Source: Bugula neritina
Taxonomy: Eukaryota > Animalia > Bryozoa
DNA length: 64,000 nucleotides
Direction of reading: 5' to 3'
NCBI GenBank assembly: GCA_964035545.1
Contig: OZ037765.1
Coordinates: 11,976,698 to 12,040,697 of the forward strand
The position numbers were made by a program, and so were the translations under genes. Positions 61,201 to 64,000 of this stretch are shown here, piece after piece. The notes beneath the pieces are model-generated. The model ran no database searches. It saw only the letters and a program-made list of their open reading frames with translations, and had not been told where the DNA came from. Positions within the stretch are counted from its first letter, which is position 1. Each line of letters opens with the position of its first letter.

Positions 61201-62700
61201 ACAATTCAAACACCACACAACTCTAAAGGCCAGAGATTGAAATGTAAACACTTGGAAAACAGGGGAGGACATTTCCGCAAACAAATTCTAAGCACTTTTG
61301 AGTTTTAGAGGTTTTAGTTTATGCAAAAACATTACTGATAAAAGTTTGTTCTGTGAGAAATATGTAAAACTTGGCTAGTTAAACAGCTAATTAATTAGCT
61401 CCTAGCATCTTAATTTATTTTGTATATAAGTAAATACATTGAGCCTTCAGAATTGACTTAGTTTAAACAGTATAAAATATTAGCTATAGTTAAGTGGGCA
61501 ATAATACAGTAATGTTATACATATTGGATGCAAAATGCCTAATGAAAGCCTGCAACTGCAAGCTAGAGTGGTTATCAAAACTTGAATAAAATTACTTTAA
61601 TGATGTTCCAATCTTAGAATCTTTTCTCACTCAAGGATGTCTGCTTGCTAACATGCTGTATTAATCATGATCAGTTAGTAATTGGCTGCAGGTATCAATG
61701 CTGAGGATATTATTATATACAGAGAAGTATCTAATACTGTCATTACCTAAAAAAACCTATAATAAATACCAGTCAATAATCAAGAGGCCAACATTCCTAA
61801 CTTGTTATGCATAGTTGAAAAGACTAGAATGTTAACTAGGAACAAATAATTGTCATTTAGGTTTGATTATCAGCTAAGCAAATTGTATCTCCAACAGTTA
61901 TAACGCTGGAGTTGTGTACTTATGGGTAAATTTCAATACCCACTTGTATTGATAGAGTTGATAAAATTAGCTAGCATTGGCAGTTGAACTGATTTGGCAA
62001 AAATGCAATTGAAATTTTATTTTATCGAAAAGCAATTTTAACTAAAGGAGGTTAGTTAATTGTCGCTCGATTAATAAAACCCTGAACAAATAAAAAGGCA
62101 TAATTTATTATTTTTATTGTATTTTGTTTATACTTAAACGAAATAAATTCTTAGACTTGCTTAAAATGGTATCAGGTGGCTATGTTTTGAGGATAAAATA
62201 ATTCCTCTTAAAATGACTTCCAAGTTGTATATGAACTATAATACATGAACGAAAAGGCAATGGCTCAGTAACATGTGTTTATTTATTAAAAAAGCATAGA
62301 AGAGTAACCAATATTGATTGCAGTTGTGTGCAAGTCTCATAACTGAAAAATCAAAGTTTACAGTGCACAGTTAAACATAGCCAGGAATTCTTGATAAATT
62401 GAAGCTATCCAAATGAATTAACTAATACTTTAATCTAGTGTTACTCAAGTTGATAAGCAAATGACATAATAAAATAATATTCAACTACTTTGGTGAGCTC
62501 CGTGAGGAGTGACTTTAGGTGAGACAACTCTACAGATGACTTATCAAAACTCTGAATACTAAAGAGAGATTTTTTTCCTAAACTATTTTAGATAAAAAAA
62601 TTAATTTAGTTAATTTTTTTGCTTTTCTAATTTTTAGTAAAAAAAATCTGAGCTGAGCATATAATTGTAATTTTATTTTTGGCGTTCAAAGATTGTGTAA

Positions 62701-62712
62701 CTTCCTTTTCTC
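62701..62712 (+). promoter_or_regulatory. Polypyrimidine initiator / 5'TOP of RPL15 (non-coding exon 1 about 62701-62749)
   Basis: CTTCCTTTTCTC about 800 bp upstream of the RPL15 ATG, typical of ribosomal-protein TCT/TOP start sites. Donor candidates: CAG|GTTTGT (62749/50) or GAG|GTTGCG (62731/32). Confidence 0.75.
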
Positions 62713-63500
62713 GTTGCGTTGTCTCTCAGAGGTTGCGAATAATATTCAGGTTTGTAATTTATTTTTAATCGAGCTCTATCTTGTTGCCGAATTGACAATG
62801 ATGCATTTTTTATGTGTTTAAACCTAGCCAAACTCTAACAATACCGCTTTCTTGTATTTTCAGGACGGCTAGTTAGGTTAATAGTTTGTATTTGCCGTTA
62901 AAAGTTTTTCGCCATCAATATGACTTGGGCCAACCCACTGAACACTCAGTTTAACATAGTCTAAGCTACGGTCTTGAGAGTAAATGTATTTCTTTACCTT
63001 TTCAACGCTATTCTGGTCTTCAAGCAAGTTGAAGTTGGGGGGAATTTTAATCAACGACTAATGGCAGACTAACAAATACAATAACGACTCTTCCACAGTT
63101 TCATTTTCAATTCGTTCAATTTTTGAAAAAAAAAAGAATTTAAACATCAAATTAAATGGTCGCACTGACACTCATATGTTACGCTTACTTTTGCAACTTA
63201 CTAGTTTTTATTTATAATTTAAATTATCATTGTGATATCTTAAAACCAAGACTTAAAGTAAATGCTATTTTTTAATATCCTGGCCAACTCGAAAACCAAA
63301 CCATTTTAATTATCATTATGATTACGGAAACTAGAAATTCATACTCATAGTCTTGCTATTTCAGTATTTGGTAGGTTGCCAATATAGTTAAACTCGAAGA
63401 GATGCATAATTTTGCTAGATTCTATAAAATATAATTCCACTTTGTTAATTCTGCACTTGTTTGTAATTCAAATTGTATGATTTTGTTTTAGGTAAGTGAG

Positions 63501-63672
63501 ATGGGTGCTTACAGATATGTGTCCGAGTTGTGGCGTAAGAAACAGAGTGATGTTATGAGATTTCTTCTCCGAGTTCGTTCATGGCAGTATAGGCAACTAA
63601 ATGTTGTACATAGAGTTCCCAAATCAACTAGACCTGATAGAGCACGAAGACTTGGATACAAATCTAAACAAG
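63501..63672 (+). CDS. RPL15: 60S ribosomal protein L15 (eL15), first coding exon; continues beyond the window
   Basis: [36 protein letters not shown]...[16 protein letters not shown]; donor AAG|GTTCGA. Confidence 0.98.
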
Positions 63673-64000
63673 GTTCGATATTTTCCGGTGTTGTCATTGT
63701 GATTTTCTATACTTATAGTAAACTGAATATTTGTTTCTAGTGCTAATATTATTTTATGACATTCGTGGCGGTTGAAACAGGTTATCTGTCCACAGGGAGA
63801 TAATCCTCAACAGTTATCTGCTTATACCCTTTATTTAAATTAAAGCACTGAATTAATAAATTTAGAAATTAAAGTAAAAGCCCTCTAAGCATATGCTGGA
63901 GCAAAGTTGATAAGATTACAATGGTATGCAAGATAGCTACTTATTTTATGCTGTTCTAATTACAGCTTCTTTTTTCATTCTAACATAATAAATTATTACT

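Noticed and set aside
59300-62500. Possible gene between AHCYL and RPL15
   Set aside because: No ORFs of 60 aa or more, no coherent exon chain, and no recognisable repeat termini.
62864-62960. H/ACA snoRNA in RPL15 intron 1
   Set aside because: An ATATGA box and an ACA are present, but the second hairpin would be only ~30 nt, too short for a canonical H/ACA RNA.

Overview
AT-rich, gene-dense, intron-rich metazoan DNA. It looks like a lophotrochozoan invertebrate, but I cannot determine the species. Most of the short ORFs in the track are exon fragments or noise. Splicing GT/GC-AG exons by hand with phase checks gives seven protein-coding genes. In order: the 5' part of a CPLANE1/JBTS17-like ciliogenesis gene (-, runs off the left edge), a complete nicotinic acetylcholine receptor alpha subunit (+), INO80C/Ies6 (-), ASCC2 (+), eIF3F (-), an AHCYL/IRBIT-type SAH-hydrolase-like gene (-, about 24 kb, several alternative N-terminal exons), and the start of RPL15 (+, runs off the right edge). 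Repeats include four copies of a tRNA(Thr)-headed SINE, five MITEs (four PIF/Harbinger-like), a decayed LINE 3' fragment, a foldback palindrome built on a hAT end, and microsatellites. The most interesting leads are: (1) a reconstitutable AG|GTAAGT recursive-type 5' splice site at the start of the RPL15 ATG exon, with nearby structured and uORF elements that suggest autoregulation; (2) an apparently sterically exclusive exon pair and several first exons that swap the IRBIT phospho-regulatory segment; (3) a GC-AG exon in the nAChR intracellular loop; (4) cryptic A-N-T triplet-periodic tracts beside promoters; (5) a 41-bp GC-rich insert with a 15-bp target-site duplication. Family assignments come from remembered reference sequences; no database searches were run.
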